The notes below the pieces were generated by a model. That model was not told where the DNA came from. It saw only the letters and a program-made list of their open reading frames with translations, and ran no database searches. Source: Octopus bimaculoides (lineage: Eukaryota). Taken from it: DNA of 47,201 nt. Every line of letters begins with the position of its first letter. Position 1 is the stretch's first letter. Position numbers and translations under genes: made by a program. Shown one piece after another: positions 24,001 to 36,100 of this stretch. The stretch is taken from assembly GCF_001194135.2 (NCBI RefSeq), contig NC_069005.1, forward strand, positions 20,257,802-20,305,002. The letters run 5' to 3'.

Positions 24001-25446
24001 CAACAGTAGTGACAGAGGAAGCAGCAATTCAGGCTATGGGTGAGCTTAATTTTTCTATTCCCCCCCCCTTAAAAAATCTTCAAACTCTCATCTTGGTACA
24101 TGACACTTAATAATTTCCTTTAAAATGTGTTTTCTAAAGAACTCTCGGACAGTAAGAGGAGTCAAGTTGTTGGTTCCAACTGACATGTTTCCCTCCCATA
24201 AACAACTTGTCAGTAACATTTCTTAATGGTGCTCTCTCCTCCGTTGATATTGGTAAGACATGTTGCGTGCAAATTCTTTTACAACACCTTTGTCGCATTT
24301 TGGTGACTGAAGTGTTTAATCGACTATGACCTTTTGGCTTGTGTGAATTCTCAAGGTTTACCTTCCCACTGCAATATCATGAAACTGTTCTCCATTGGTC
24401 CAACTCATTTACTGTTATGAAATTGAAAGCTGTACAGTAGGGAAAACATGGTATGGATGTGTGGGTGCAAGTGTTTCACTTGGTCAGCATTTACAAAAAA
24501 AGGACACAAACATTCCAGGGAAAAGTTGTAAAAGAGTTTTTTCTTTTGTTTTTACTTTTGCGCAAATTCTTTTTGGTGCATTCAAGGAAGAAAAAGTTTC
24601 ATCAAAACGATTAAAAAAAAAAAATTTTTTTTTTAATTTCAAAAGAAAATTTTTTTTAACATACATTAAATACTCTGGTACACTTGGTTGATATATTTTG
24701 GCTTGTCTCTTGGCTGTTTTTGCATGCAATATTCTGTGAATATGGATAACACGATTTGTTAGTCTGCTGGGTTATCACTCTATGAGAGTTGGTGGTATAT
24801 TTCTTAGAATATGACTTATAGAAGTCGAAAAGTTTCTATGATTTTTCTTAAATTGTTTCAAGCTTTAACAATCTGAATTGGTGGCTTCAGTTCTTTCATT
24901 ATTTAGGATGTGATGGTGATGATGAATTTCAATGTTTTGGCTGAATACATCTTTGCTATGCTTCTGGACATGTCTCTTATTTCAAAATCCTACAGTTTGT
25001 CTTTTGGTCAGATGCTTAGTTCACTTAGAGTGATACATTAATCAATAATGGTGGAAATTCTTAGAATCTCCTTTGCCATTTAGTTTTCAAATCTCTTCCT
25101 GCAGTAACAAGCTGTTTTAGTTTACATTTTATCAGCCCATATCACCAAGGATATTTGAACCTGTTGCAGTGATTGCCAATGTTTGCATCATATCCAAACT
25201 GAGGGTATAAAAATTGTCTCCTGGCTTTGATACGTTTATTGGCAAGAAACTTAGTTCTCAAGTACTTTTTTCATCAAACTTGCATTTTCAAAAACTAGTT
25301 ATGATGGTCATAATTAAAAATAAAAGGAAAATTATAAGAATTGTTGGGTGTGCTCAAAAGGTTTTATGAAATGTGTTTATAAACAGCCCAGTAAGGTGTG
25401 CACATAAGGTTTCATTACAGCTTAGCAACCAACTGTTAAGTTATGT

Positions 25447-25496
<50 letters not shown>

Positions 25497-27155
25497 NNNN
25501 NNNNNNNNNNNNNNNNNNNNNNNNNNNNNNNNNNNNNNNNNNNNNNNNNNNNNNNNNNNNNNNNNNNNNNNNNNNNNNNNNNNNNNNNNNNNNNNNNNNN
25601 NNNNNNNNNNNNNNNNNNNNNNNNNNNNNNNNNNNNNNNNNNNNNNNNNNNNNNNNNNNNNNNNNNNNNNNNNNNNNNNNNNNNNNNNNNNNNNNNNNNN
25701 NNNNNNNNNNNNNNNNNNNNNNNNNNNNNNNNNNNNNNNNNNNNNNNNNNNNNNNNNNNNNNNNNNNNNNNNNNNNNNNNNNNNNNNNNNNNNNNNNNNN
25801 NNNNNNNNNNNNNNNNNNNNNNNNNNNNNNNNNNNNNNNNNNNNNNNNNNNNNNNNNNNNNNNNNNNNNNNNNNNNNNNNNNNNNNNNNNNNNNNNNNNN
25901 NNNNNNNNNNNNNNNNNNNNNNNNNNNNNNNNNNNNNNNNNNNNNNNNNNNNNNNNNNNNNNNNNNNNNNNNNNNNNNNNNNNNNNNNNNNNNNNNNNNN
26001 NNNNNNNNNNNNNNNNNNNNNNNNNNNNNNNNNNNNNNNNNNNNNNNNNNNNNNNNNNNNNNNNNNNNNNNNNNNNNNNNNNNNNNNNNNNNNNNNNNNN
26101 NNNNNNNNNNNNNNNNNNNNNNNNNNNNNNNNNNNNNNNNNNNNNNNNNNNNNNNNNNNNNNNNNNNNNNNNNNNNNNNNNNNNNNNNNNNNNNNNNNNN
26201 NNNNNNNNNNNNNNNNNNNNNNNNNNNNNNNNNNNNNNNNNNNNNNNNNNNNNNNNNNNNNNNNNNNNNNNNNNNNNNNNNNNNNNNNNNNNNNNNNNNN
26301 NNNNNNNNNNNNNNNNNNNNNNNNNNNNNNNNNNNNNNNNNNNNNNNNNNNNNNNNNNNNNNNNNNNNNNNNNNNNNNNNNNNNNNNNNNNNNNNNNNNN
26401 NNNNNNNNAAATAGCTGTTTTCACCCTCATTTTTTTCTCTTGTAATTGTGGCCGCCTTGTATAATAATGTTTGTTTTGATGATGAAAAATAATGCAAACT
26501 TTCTTTTTTTTTAAAGTATGGTTTTTGTATAAATTGAAAATTGGGAGTATGTGTACTCTACTAAATTCTTTAGATTTTGGTAGAATACATATAAAGGGTA
26601 CTTTACGGGCATATTTATATAGTTTCCAAGGTTTACCATTCCTGAATCGTCTTAAAAAAAAAAAAGATTGTATGCAAATAGCTGTTTTCACCCTCATTTT
26701 TTTCTCTTGTAATTGTGGCCGCCTTGTATAATAATGTTTGTTTTGATGATGAAAAATAATGCAAACTTTCTTTTTTTTTAAAGTCATCTATTTCTGACAG
26801 GTCACATTGAAGGTCAGTTTCGAGACACTAATGTGTTGCAAAATAAATCAAAGTATAAAGACCAATATAATGCTTAAAAATCCTTATTTACTGAAGTGCT
26901 GCTCTAAAAGCAAACAAAAGTTACAGGAAAAATACAGTAATTTTTCTTTAACTTTTGAGCAAATGTTTTAACCTGTAAGAAAGCAAGTGAAACAAAACCC
27001 ACTCCATGCTGACCCCCTAAAATATCAGCTTAATGCTTTCCCTGCCCTGTTCCTTCTCTTGTGGTTTTGGTGTTCAACAGTGTCTGCATACATTACAGAA
27101 AAACCTATCTTGGTATATAGTTAGGCCATGCTGGTACACAAATAGAAGTCTTTCT

Positions 27156-27191
<36 letters not shown>

Positions 27192-30100
27192 TATATGAAT
27201 GAGTTTTTAAAAAAAAATTTTTTTCTTCAAAACATTTTTAAATCTCTGAAAACGTTTTTTCTTTTTCAATCATCCATTTTGATAAGTAAAGTTGTATTTA
27301 AGTCAAAAAAAAAAAGGTAAAACAACAAAACAAATTAGTACCAATCAACCAACCAGAAAGTTGTTGTCCCAACTGCTGTCTCTATGGTGTGTCTCTAATG
27401 CAAAACATTAGCTTGTGTTGCTTATGACGTGTCTCAGCTACTACAGCATGACTTTGTAATGAGTAGCCCGTTGAATCCATCTACACCAAGAGGTTTCTGG
27501 TATATTGTTATATATACATATATGTATGTATATATATATTCTTTCCTCAGGTGGTTTGCTTATTAGCCAACGAAAGATATATTAAAAGGTGAATTTAAAA
27601 GTTCTAGATGAATATATATATACATGTCTATATGTATATGTTTTGGTGTTTTTAATTGTTTTTTTTTTTTCGTGGTTAAAATGGTTTGAAAAATTTAAAT
27701 GTGCCCCTATTTAGTGTAAACTAAATCAGATGACTGTAAAAGGGTTAACAGCTATGAAATTGTTCATGAATATTTTTTTTTTTTTTTGAAATGGTGTTTG
27801 CCCACATGGGGTTTTAAAAAAAAAGAATTAAAAAAAAAAACAATTTACAGTTTTGCAACAACTGCCTTAGCGTGTCTTAGAAATGTCCTGCATTTGAGCT
27901 GCTTGGAAATGGTGAAAAATGACCGGGTGAAGAGAAATCTTGGCCTTGTCAGTAGAGCATTCCATCTGTAGGATGGACTGTTATTACTGAACTTTCCTAA
28001 TGTATTTCAGCGGTGGCAGAGGAGGCTTCAACAAAAGTTATGGTGGTGGTAAGTGACTGGTTAAGGCTGTTACAGCCTCCTCTTTTCTTATCCTCGGTAT
28101 TTAACACACACTCAACTTTCACACTTGTTCACATACACATACATTCAGACAAGTTAACAAGCAAACACCCCACTGAGAAATTGCATAACGTCTTTGATTT
28201 CACAACAATCCATGACATTCAGAATTCTTCAAACTGTTAATGGTATTGTGTGTATATATGTATTTGATTATTTGGGCATTTAACTATGACGATAAAATAC
28301 ATAGACAACATGTACACTCATGGTTGTTTTGAAAATTAGATCAGTCTTTTGTAACTAATTACAATGAAAGCCAGAATGTTTGTAAGGTAATTTACATATG
28401 GTGAATTTGAATCTGGTCATTCTTACTATCAATGATGTACACTGTTGAGCCATTTTGGTATGTTTAGCATACGGCTGTGTTTAAAACAGACACAAAAAAA
28501 TGGAATGTGCATATCGGTAAACCTCTACAACTGGTGTTCATTTGGTATATTACAAACAAAATGGTCTGTAAAAATGTGAAAATGTCAAAATTTGGTGAAA
28601 ACATTGTGTGTATTTGATGGTTAAAATAAGGTGAGTGGTATTAGGAAAAAAGGCTGTTGAAATGACATTGGTATTGTGTACAAGAATGTACTTACTACCT
28701 AATCACTTGATGTACAATGTTCCAAAGGTGCACACACACACAAAAAGGGTTTTGAGACAGTTGGTTGAATGGACAACAGTTAGTGATTATTTTTCTTCCA
28801 CTCTACACCATTGATTTTGTTTTTTATTTTAATTTACTTCCCTGATGTAATTTTTTTTTTTTTTTTAATATTGCCATCTTCCATTTAGGATTTATCAAGG
28901 TCTTTATATTGGTCCTATGATTACTAGTGATGTTTCGCTGCTAGCCAACTATATTTAAAATTCATTGAGATATATAAATCAGCACACACATGTATATGTA
29001 TAGAGAGGCATGCTAATTAGTAATATTGAAATGCTGTTTCATTGGTTCTCTGTTGAAAACTTAGTAGGTTTTCTATTTAAAAAAAAAAAAAAAATTTTTT
29101 TAATTCAAGGGGTAAAAATATATGGTGATTGCAAATATTTTAAATATTTCTATCCAGTTCCACGATATTAATCTACATAATTATATTCCTAAATCTTGGT
29201 TGCTGAGTAAAAATATCCAAGTGTTTTATTGACTTTCCAGTACAACTGTGTATGTTGAGTTGAAATCAAAGCTGCATATTGATGGGAAATCTAAACAGTT
29301 TTAAAGCAGTGGATCCTAGTACTTTACCCTTTAATGCTTGGTCATTATCACTATTAGCTTCTAATGTGATGAGATCCTTGAAATGTTGGTTTTAATGTAC
29401 AGTCATCTTAGTACCTGAACATATTTGATATATGTTAACTTAGTGGTTGTTAGTCTTTTACTCCATCCCTTCTTTCTCTGATATTCTCGTGTCTAATTTC
29501 AATAAACTTTTGTTTCATGGGGGAAAAGAATTGTTTTATTGGCCTCTATTTTTTGTTTGTTTGTTTTTTGTGGCAATTTGTTCTCTTTTGTTTTAATTTT
29601 CTAAAGTTTCGTTCTTTTCTTTAATTTTTCTTCATGCAGGCGGAGGTGGCAGTGGCAGTGGTTATGGAGGTAAGTTTTTGTAGCTTTTTTAAATAATTAC
29701 ATTTACATGATTAAGTATTTATATGACTGATTGTTTAGGTATTATTAACCCTTTAGCATTTTAACTGTGGTGTGTATCTGGCCCAAATTATCTACCTGTT
29801 GTACATTCAAAAGTATTTGGATCATTGTTACTAAGAAATTGGGCTGTTTAATGAAATGTAGCCTTAAGTTAATTCGCAATGTAATGGGATACCTATAGTT
29901 GATTTTTAACAATATTGGTGGTATGTGTAAGAAGTTGACTTCACAATAATAGTCTTTGGTTTGATCTCTTTGTGGTACTTCGAGCAAGGGCCTTTCTATA
30001 GCTAAGAACTGACCAATACTTAGTGATGTGTGAAAATGGAGTCTGCAGAACCTGTGCTTGCATACAGAAACACACACGCACACGTATCACTATTGTTTAC

Positions 30101-33100
30101 AATGCCAACTGTCTGCAGAATTTATGAAATTTTAAATGTATTGCTCCATAAAATATTTAATTTCTAATGTAATTTCATTGTAGATGGACCAATTATGGAA
30201 ATGCCTGACACAGTGTTCGTGTGTGGACTAAATGAAGAAGTCACTGAAGATGCTCTAATTGAACATTTTGGAAGCATTGGTGTCATTAAGGTAAATTGAA
30301 GTGTTGATTTATTTTGTGTAAGGAAGATAGAGGAACCCTTTTGTCTAAGTCAATCAGTGTTGTGGTTCTGTAATTAGAAAAATTGTTCTCAGTAATGACA
30401 AGACACTGAAGAAAGATGTTAATGAGTTTGGTTAGAAGATTATTAATCACTTCTACATAGTTTGTTGGGTTTTTTTTCCTTCTTTTTCTAAAATTTAATG
30501 AAATTCGAGTTGCGCAATGTTTGTAAATTATTTTTGTGAATTCTTTTTTAAGACTGATAAGAAAACAAGCAAACCAAAGGTGTGGATCTACAAAGACAAG
30601 GCGACTGGTCGCGGAAAAGGCGAGGCTACTGTGACATATGATGACCCTGAAAGCGCAAAGGCAGCTATCAACTGGTTTAATGGTAAGTTGAGTATTTCAC
30701 TATACTGTATGTGAAGTCTCTGGAACATTAGAATTATTATAAAGTTTTAAATGTGTGAAAGAAGTCACACTTTAGTGAATGATTGAAGTTGAAAATATTT
30801 TAAAGATTTAATGTCTAGGCATTGGTCATACTGGAGTTAACCTCATTTAGATGTCCTGGTCTATTTGGTGGATTCTGAATATTGACATGTGGAAAGTAAA
30901 GGGTTTTTGATTATTTGAAAGCAAATGGGAGAAAGTACTTAGGATATTAACAAAGAGATGTAATGCTCTCATTAATCAATAGGACATCACCCAGTGATGT
31001 GGTTTAGAAAGACTTTTGTTAAAATATCAATCTAATTTCTGTATACACTATTGCATTTACACCACATAGTTAGAGAAATGATACTTTTGCAAAAAATCAC
31101 CACCAACATGATTGATATTTGTGAAATTTGAAGGCATGTTTAAACTAGAACTGTTTGCCTTCTATGTGTCATTATTGAGGTGACACTTATTTAAATGGCT
31201 TTATTCCCTAATGATGGTGTGTGATAGTTATCTCTTTTCCAGAATTTGTTTTCAAATTCCAGGAATAGTAAGTACTGAAATGTCTAGATTTCATAAAATC
31301 AATAACATCCTTTGGAAATGAATTTTGTTGCTGTTAAGATGACTTAAGTGTTCAGGCCTAAATTTAGCTGTTGATGGGACTTTCAAGTCGTTTTAAAAAT
31401 TCATAAATTGGACTTTGTGTCTGTCTGTAGAAATCAATATTCTAAGAATATTATTTAAGTTGTCTCCAATTGTTAAAGATAAGTGTTTTTTATGTGTTTG
31501 TCTAACCTGTTTTCTCACTAAATTTTTCAGAAAAAGATTTCCAGGGCAGAATAATTAAGGTTGAAATGGCCCAGAGAAAAGCTTGGTCTAGTGGCCGTGA
31601 AGGAAGAGGTTTGTTTTGTTTTTCTGTTCTCTGTTTTAGTAATGACAGAATGTTATCAAATGTGTATGGGGGAGATAAAAATGGCTTGATTTCAAGTTGC
31701 GTGTACCCTTGTCTTTATTAGTGATGGTTCTAAATTAGTATCCCTGACATATGAGCAATGTCGATTGTTTTCTGTCGTCCATAGTAACTATGTCTGACAA
31801 CAAGGAAATATTACCTTTTTTGGACACCAACAAGGGTTGATGACAGGTATCTGGTTGTAGAAAAATTGCTTCAAAAAATTTCGTCTGATCTATGGAAATG
31901 TGGACATGAACTGTTTGATCTTCAAAATTGAAGTTCCAATTGTCCCACTTGATTAATACATTAAGAATTAATTTTAACTGTTTCTTTGGAACTTTGCTTT
32001 AAGAAATCCTTATTTAAAGGAAATATATTTGTCTAATTTACTGTTTGTGAATTTAGTAATATCAGTTTTTGGAAGACATAGGTACATAGTAACTTGAAGA
32101 TTTCTGTGATTATTTGATCTTTATGTATAATCTTCTGAGTTTTTCTGTCCTTGCTAGAAATAGCAACTGAATACCTTCAAGTCATTTTACTATCTTACAT
32201 AATGAATGACCATGTTGAGCAATATAATCTTGTGTACCTGTTAAATACTAGATGGTCATTTCTAGAACACCTCAATAGTGTCCAGAAAAACTGAACCAAC
32301 AATGCAGCTACAAATGTCATACTTCCATTCTAAGACTGCTGTATAGTCTTTTCTACTTTAGGCACAAGGTCCGAAATTTGGGGGGAGGGGACCAGTCAAT
32401 TACATTGACCCCAGTACGCAACTGGTACTTAATTTGTCAACCCCGAAAGGATGTAAAGTCAAGTCGACCTCAGCGGAACTTGAACTCAACGTAAAGACAG
32501 ACTAAATACCGCTAAGCATTTTGCCTGGCGTGCTAACATTTCTACCAGCTTACCGCTGTATGGTGTTTGTACTTAGTCATAGTGGCATAACGTTTTAAGT
32601 GTGTTTTTAATATTTTACCTGTGTTTGCTGTTGGTAACAAAGATTCACAGCAAATATTTTTTAATATACTTGCTGGTGACATGTAAAAGACATCCAGCAC
32701 TCTATGGAGTGACTGGCATCCAGCTGCAGAAAGCAAGCCAAAATAGACTGGAGCCTGGTGCAGCTCTCTGGCTTACCAGTTTCAGTCAAACTGGTACACC
32801 TAAGTTGTCTAATTCTGACATTTCTCATGAATATGTCTGATAATGTTCTTTGTATTTTTTAAGGTGGCAGAGGTGGAGGCCGTGGTGGCGGTGGTGGCAG
32901 AGGTAAGTTTGTTTCATTTTCTCTATCACTTTGTAATGTAGTAGCAGATTTGTTCCACTTAATTCTTCTTAGTTGATAGCTTTATTCATAGACTTGTTAC
33001 ATCTCTACTGATCACATCAAATTTGGGACACTATTCCTGCAGAATTCTATTTGTATAATTTAGTATGTTAATAAGAATGCAGTTTTTTTTTTATTTTGTA

Positions 33101-36100
33101 ATTTTGTCAGCCCCATTCCAGCAACTGGGGTACCACCTTCAAGGGATAGTGCTTATTGTGTTGGTCTCAAACTGCTATGATACAAGGAAGTAAACAAACC
33201 AGCACCCATTGTCATTGTATATTTGCCCATATATGAAAGGCTTCCATATAGTTTCTGTCCATCAAATTCATTCACAAACCATGGTTGGCTTCAAGCTATA
33301 GTAGACACCAAACCCAATGTGCTGTACAGTGTGACTGAACCCAAAACTGCACCGTGGTTGAGCAAACTTAACACAGCCATGTCTGTGCTAATGGTTAATA
33401 ACAACTTTGTGGTAACTGTGGTACAACACACTGATCAGGTTGGTGTGGAAGGTTAACCTTTTAGCATTCAGGTTACTTTGTCAAGTTAATATTTATTTGT
33501 TCACGTTGTTTCAAGATATTGATGATGTGATTGATTAATTTTAGGACATTGTAGAGTAGGTGTGGAGGTCAGATCTGGTTGGTTTCTACATAAACTAGTA
33601 GACTATTGAGCCTGATGGCTGGTTTAAATGCTAATGGGTCAATGGTGGATCAGTTTCCATTGAAGATGGAGTAGTCAACAATGGAAATAAATCATTATTG
33701 CACTTGTCTTTATTAATTTCTTCTTGATGTAGGCAAGTCTTGTATTTACTGTGATATTTTCATTGACTTTGTAGGTGGCTTTGGTGGCGGCGGCGGCGGT
33801 GGTGGTGGTATGGGAGGTGACCGAGGAGGTGGCGGTGGCGGCGGAGGACGCCAAGGAGATTGGACTTGTCCTAATCCGTAAGTTACCATTTCATTGGTGA
33901 AATCTTGTTTTTCTTTTGTTTTGACTTGATGCCGTAAATACAATTAGTTAATTTCTAAGGCAGATTTGCCATTTACCTGTATATCAATACACAGTATTCA
34001 TAACAGTAAGAATTAAGACACATTTTGACCTGTGTTTAATCGTTTCATTTTATTCAAATTTTTAATAAGTGGTAACAACTTGGAGTAAGAAACATTTTGT
34101 TCTTGCTATTTTACCCTCTCCCTTCTCTTTCTCCCTCAAACTGATTCTACCAAGTATACCTCCCCTTATGCTAGCTGTAATGCCTAATCCTAAATCCCCC
34201 CTGTCATGTTAATTGTATGATTTAGGAGTGTCAACTGAGACTGATTGCATTGCTTGATTTCCCGAGTTGGATCCTGCATATCATGTTCTCTTTTCTGGGG
34301 GTCTGGTTAGTGTGGCAGCTCATGTTGATTGGCTAATGTAGATGAGGAAGTATGTCATGGAGATGGGAACTGACAGGGACCCTGCTCAGGGGTTTGCCTG
34401 GAACAGCCTGAGCAAAAAATAGGTGCAGTGGTGCATACCCTCATACTTGACTCCACTTTCAAGCATGTATTTGTTCCTGGTATTAAAGCAACATTGATTC
34501 TATACTAACAACCCTTGTACATACCAATGCATGTCTTCTGTATTTTCTTCTGTTCTTGTTCATCCAGAGCCTGTGGTAATAACAACTTTGGCTGGAGAAA
34601 TGCTTGCAACTTGTGTAATGCTCCCAAGGAAGGAATGGGCTCTGGCCCTGGTGGTCCTCCTGGTGGACCTGGTAAGTTAATACAAATTCTACAGTGTGTG
34701 TGAAATAGAAAGAATGAAGGTAGACTAGCATTAGTAAAGTTTCTATGTATCTGTTTTATTGTGTGTGAAACAGTGGCCCAGTGGTTAGATGTTTGCATTT
34801 ATGATTGCATGTTGTGGTTTTGATTCCTGGATTGGATGAGTTCATTCAACTGTAAATGACTAAAGCCTCAAATAGAATGGTGGGTATGTTGGGATCAGGT
34901 CACGTGTTATGGAGAACTGGTAACCAGCTCTGATTCCTCCAACAGATGTTGATGATAGATGGGCATATGGTGTGGGCTACTAGCCCCAAGATTCCAGCAG
35001 TGACCTGAATAATAATAATAGTAATAACATCGAAAAATACCCATGCTTGAAATTTCCCCAAGACACCTGCTGACGGCTGGAGGGTATATCAGCCAAAACA
35101 TGTTAACAACAAACAAGATGAGGACATATCTGTCAAATGTAAATAATGTAAGATGTTTGTAAGAGATCGTTTTTTCATTCTATTTTGTGTGTGTGTATTA
35201 ATAACTTGTATTAAGTGTGCAGTATTTTTTGTCAACAAAAATTTTATACCGAGAAGGTAAATATTTTAAGACATCTCAAGTATTTTATTGTGATATCTTG
35301 CTGTTATCAGTAAGTTTTGGATNNNNNNNNNNNNNNNNNNNNNNNNNNNNNNNNNNNNNNNNNNNNNNNNNNNNNNNNNNNNNNNNNNNNNNNNNNNNNN
35401 NNNNNNNNNNNNNNNNNNNNNNNNNNNNNNNNNNNNNNNNNNNNNNNNNNNNNNNNNNNNNNNNNNNNNNNNNNNNNNNNNNNNNNNNNNNNNNNNNNNN
35501 NNNNNNNNNNNNNNNNNNNNNNNNNNNNNNNNNNNNNNNNNNNNNNNNNNNNNNNNNNNNNNNNNNNNNNNNNNNNNNNNNNNNNNNNNNNNNNNNNNNN
35601 NNNNNNNNNNNNNNNNNNNNNNNNNNNNNNNNNNNNNNNNNNNNNNNNNNNNNNNNNNNNNNNNNNNNNNNNNNNNNNNNNNNNNACCGTGGTGGAAGAG
35701 GTGGCTACAGAGTTGGCCCACGTGGCGGCGGCGGTGGCATGGGAGGCGATCGCGGAGGACCAAGAGGAGGTGGCGGTGGCATGGGTGGTGACCGCGGAGG
35801 TGGCGGTGGTGGTGGAGGTCCTGGTGACAGAGGAGGACGTGGTGGATTTGGAAAAGACAGAGGCCGGTAAGTTTTTCTTCTTCTTTTCTTTGTTATTAAG
35901 GAAGCACCAGACTAAGTGCTTGGTGGAAAGTTTGACTTTGCCTTTCATATTCTTGGGGGTTAATAAAATAGCAACCTCTCCCTAAGAATTTCCAAGCTTG
36001 TGTCTCTATCGGAAAGGATTATTATTAGTGTTTGTGGGATTTGTTATTTCTAGACTTCAACCACCACATAATTCATCAGTCATCTGCTGGTCAGTTTGTG

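Noticed and set aside
24140-24252. Another possible stop-containing cryptic exon (aag acceptor, gtaaga donor)
   Set aside because: Weak AAG acceptor and non-consensus exonic donor bases; such pairs are expected by chance.
27330-27500. H/ACA snoRNA-like stretch upstream of the poison exon candidate
   Set aside because: I could not build two hairpins around correctly placed H and ACA boxes.
33730-33738. GC-type donor TAG|GCAAGT
   Set aside because: Only about 40 nt upstream of the exon 14 acceptor, with no plausible upstream exon.
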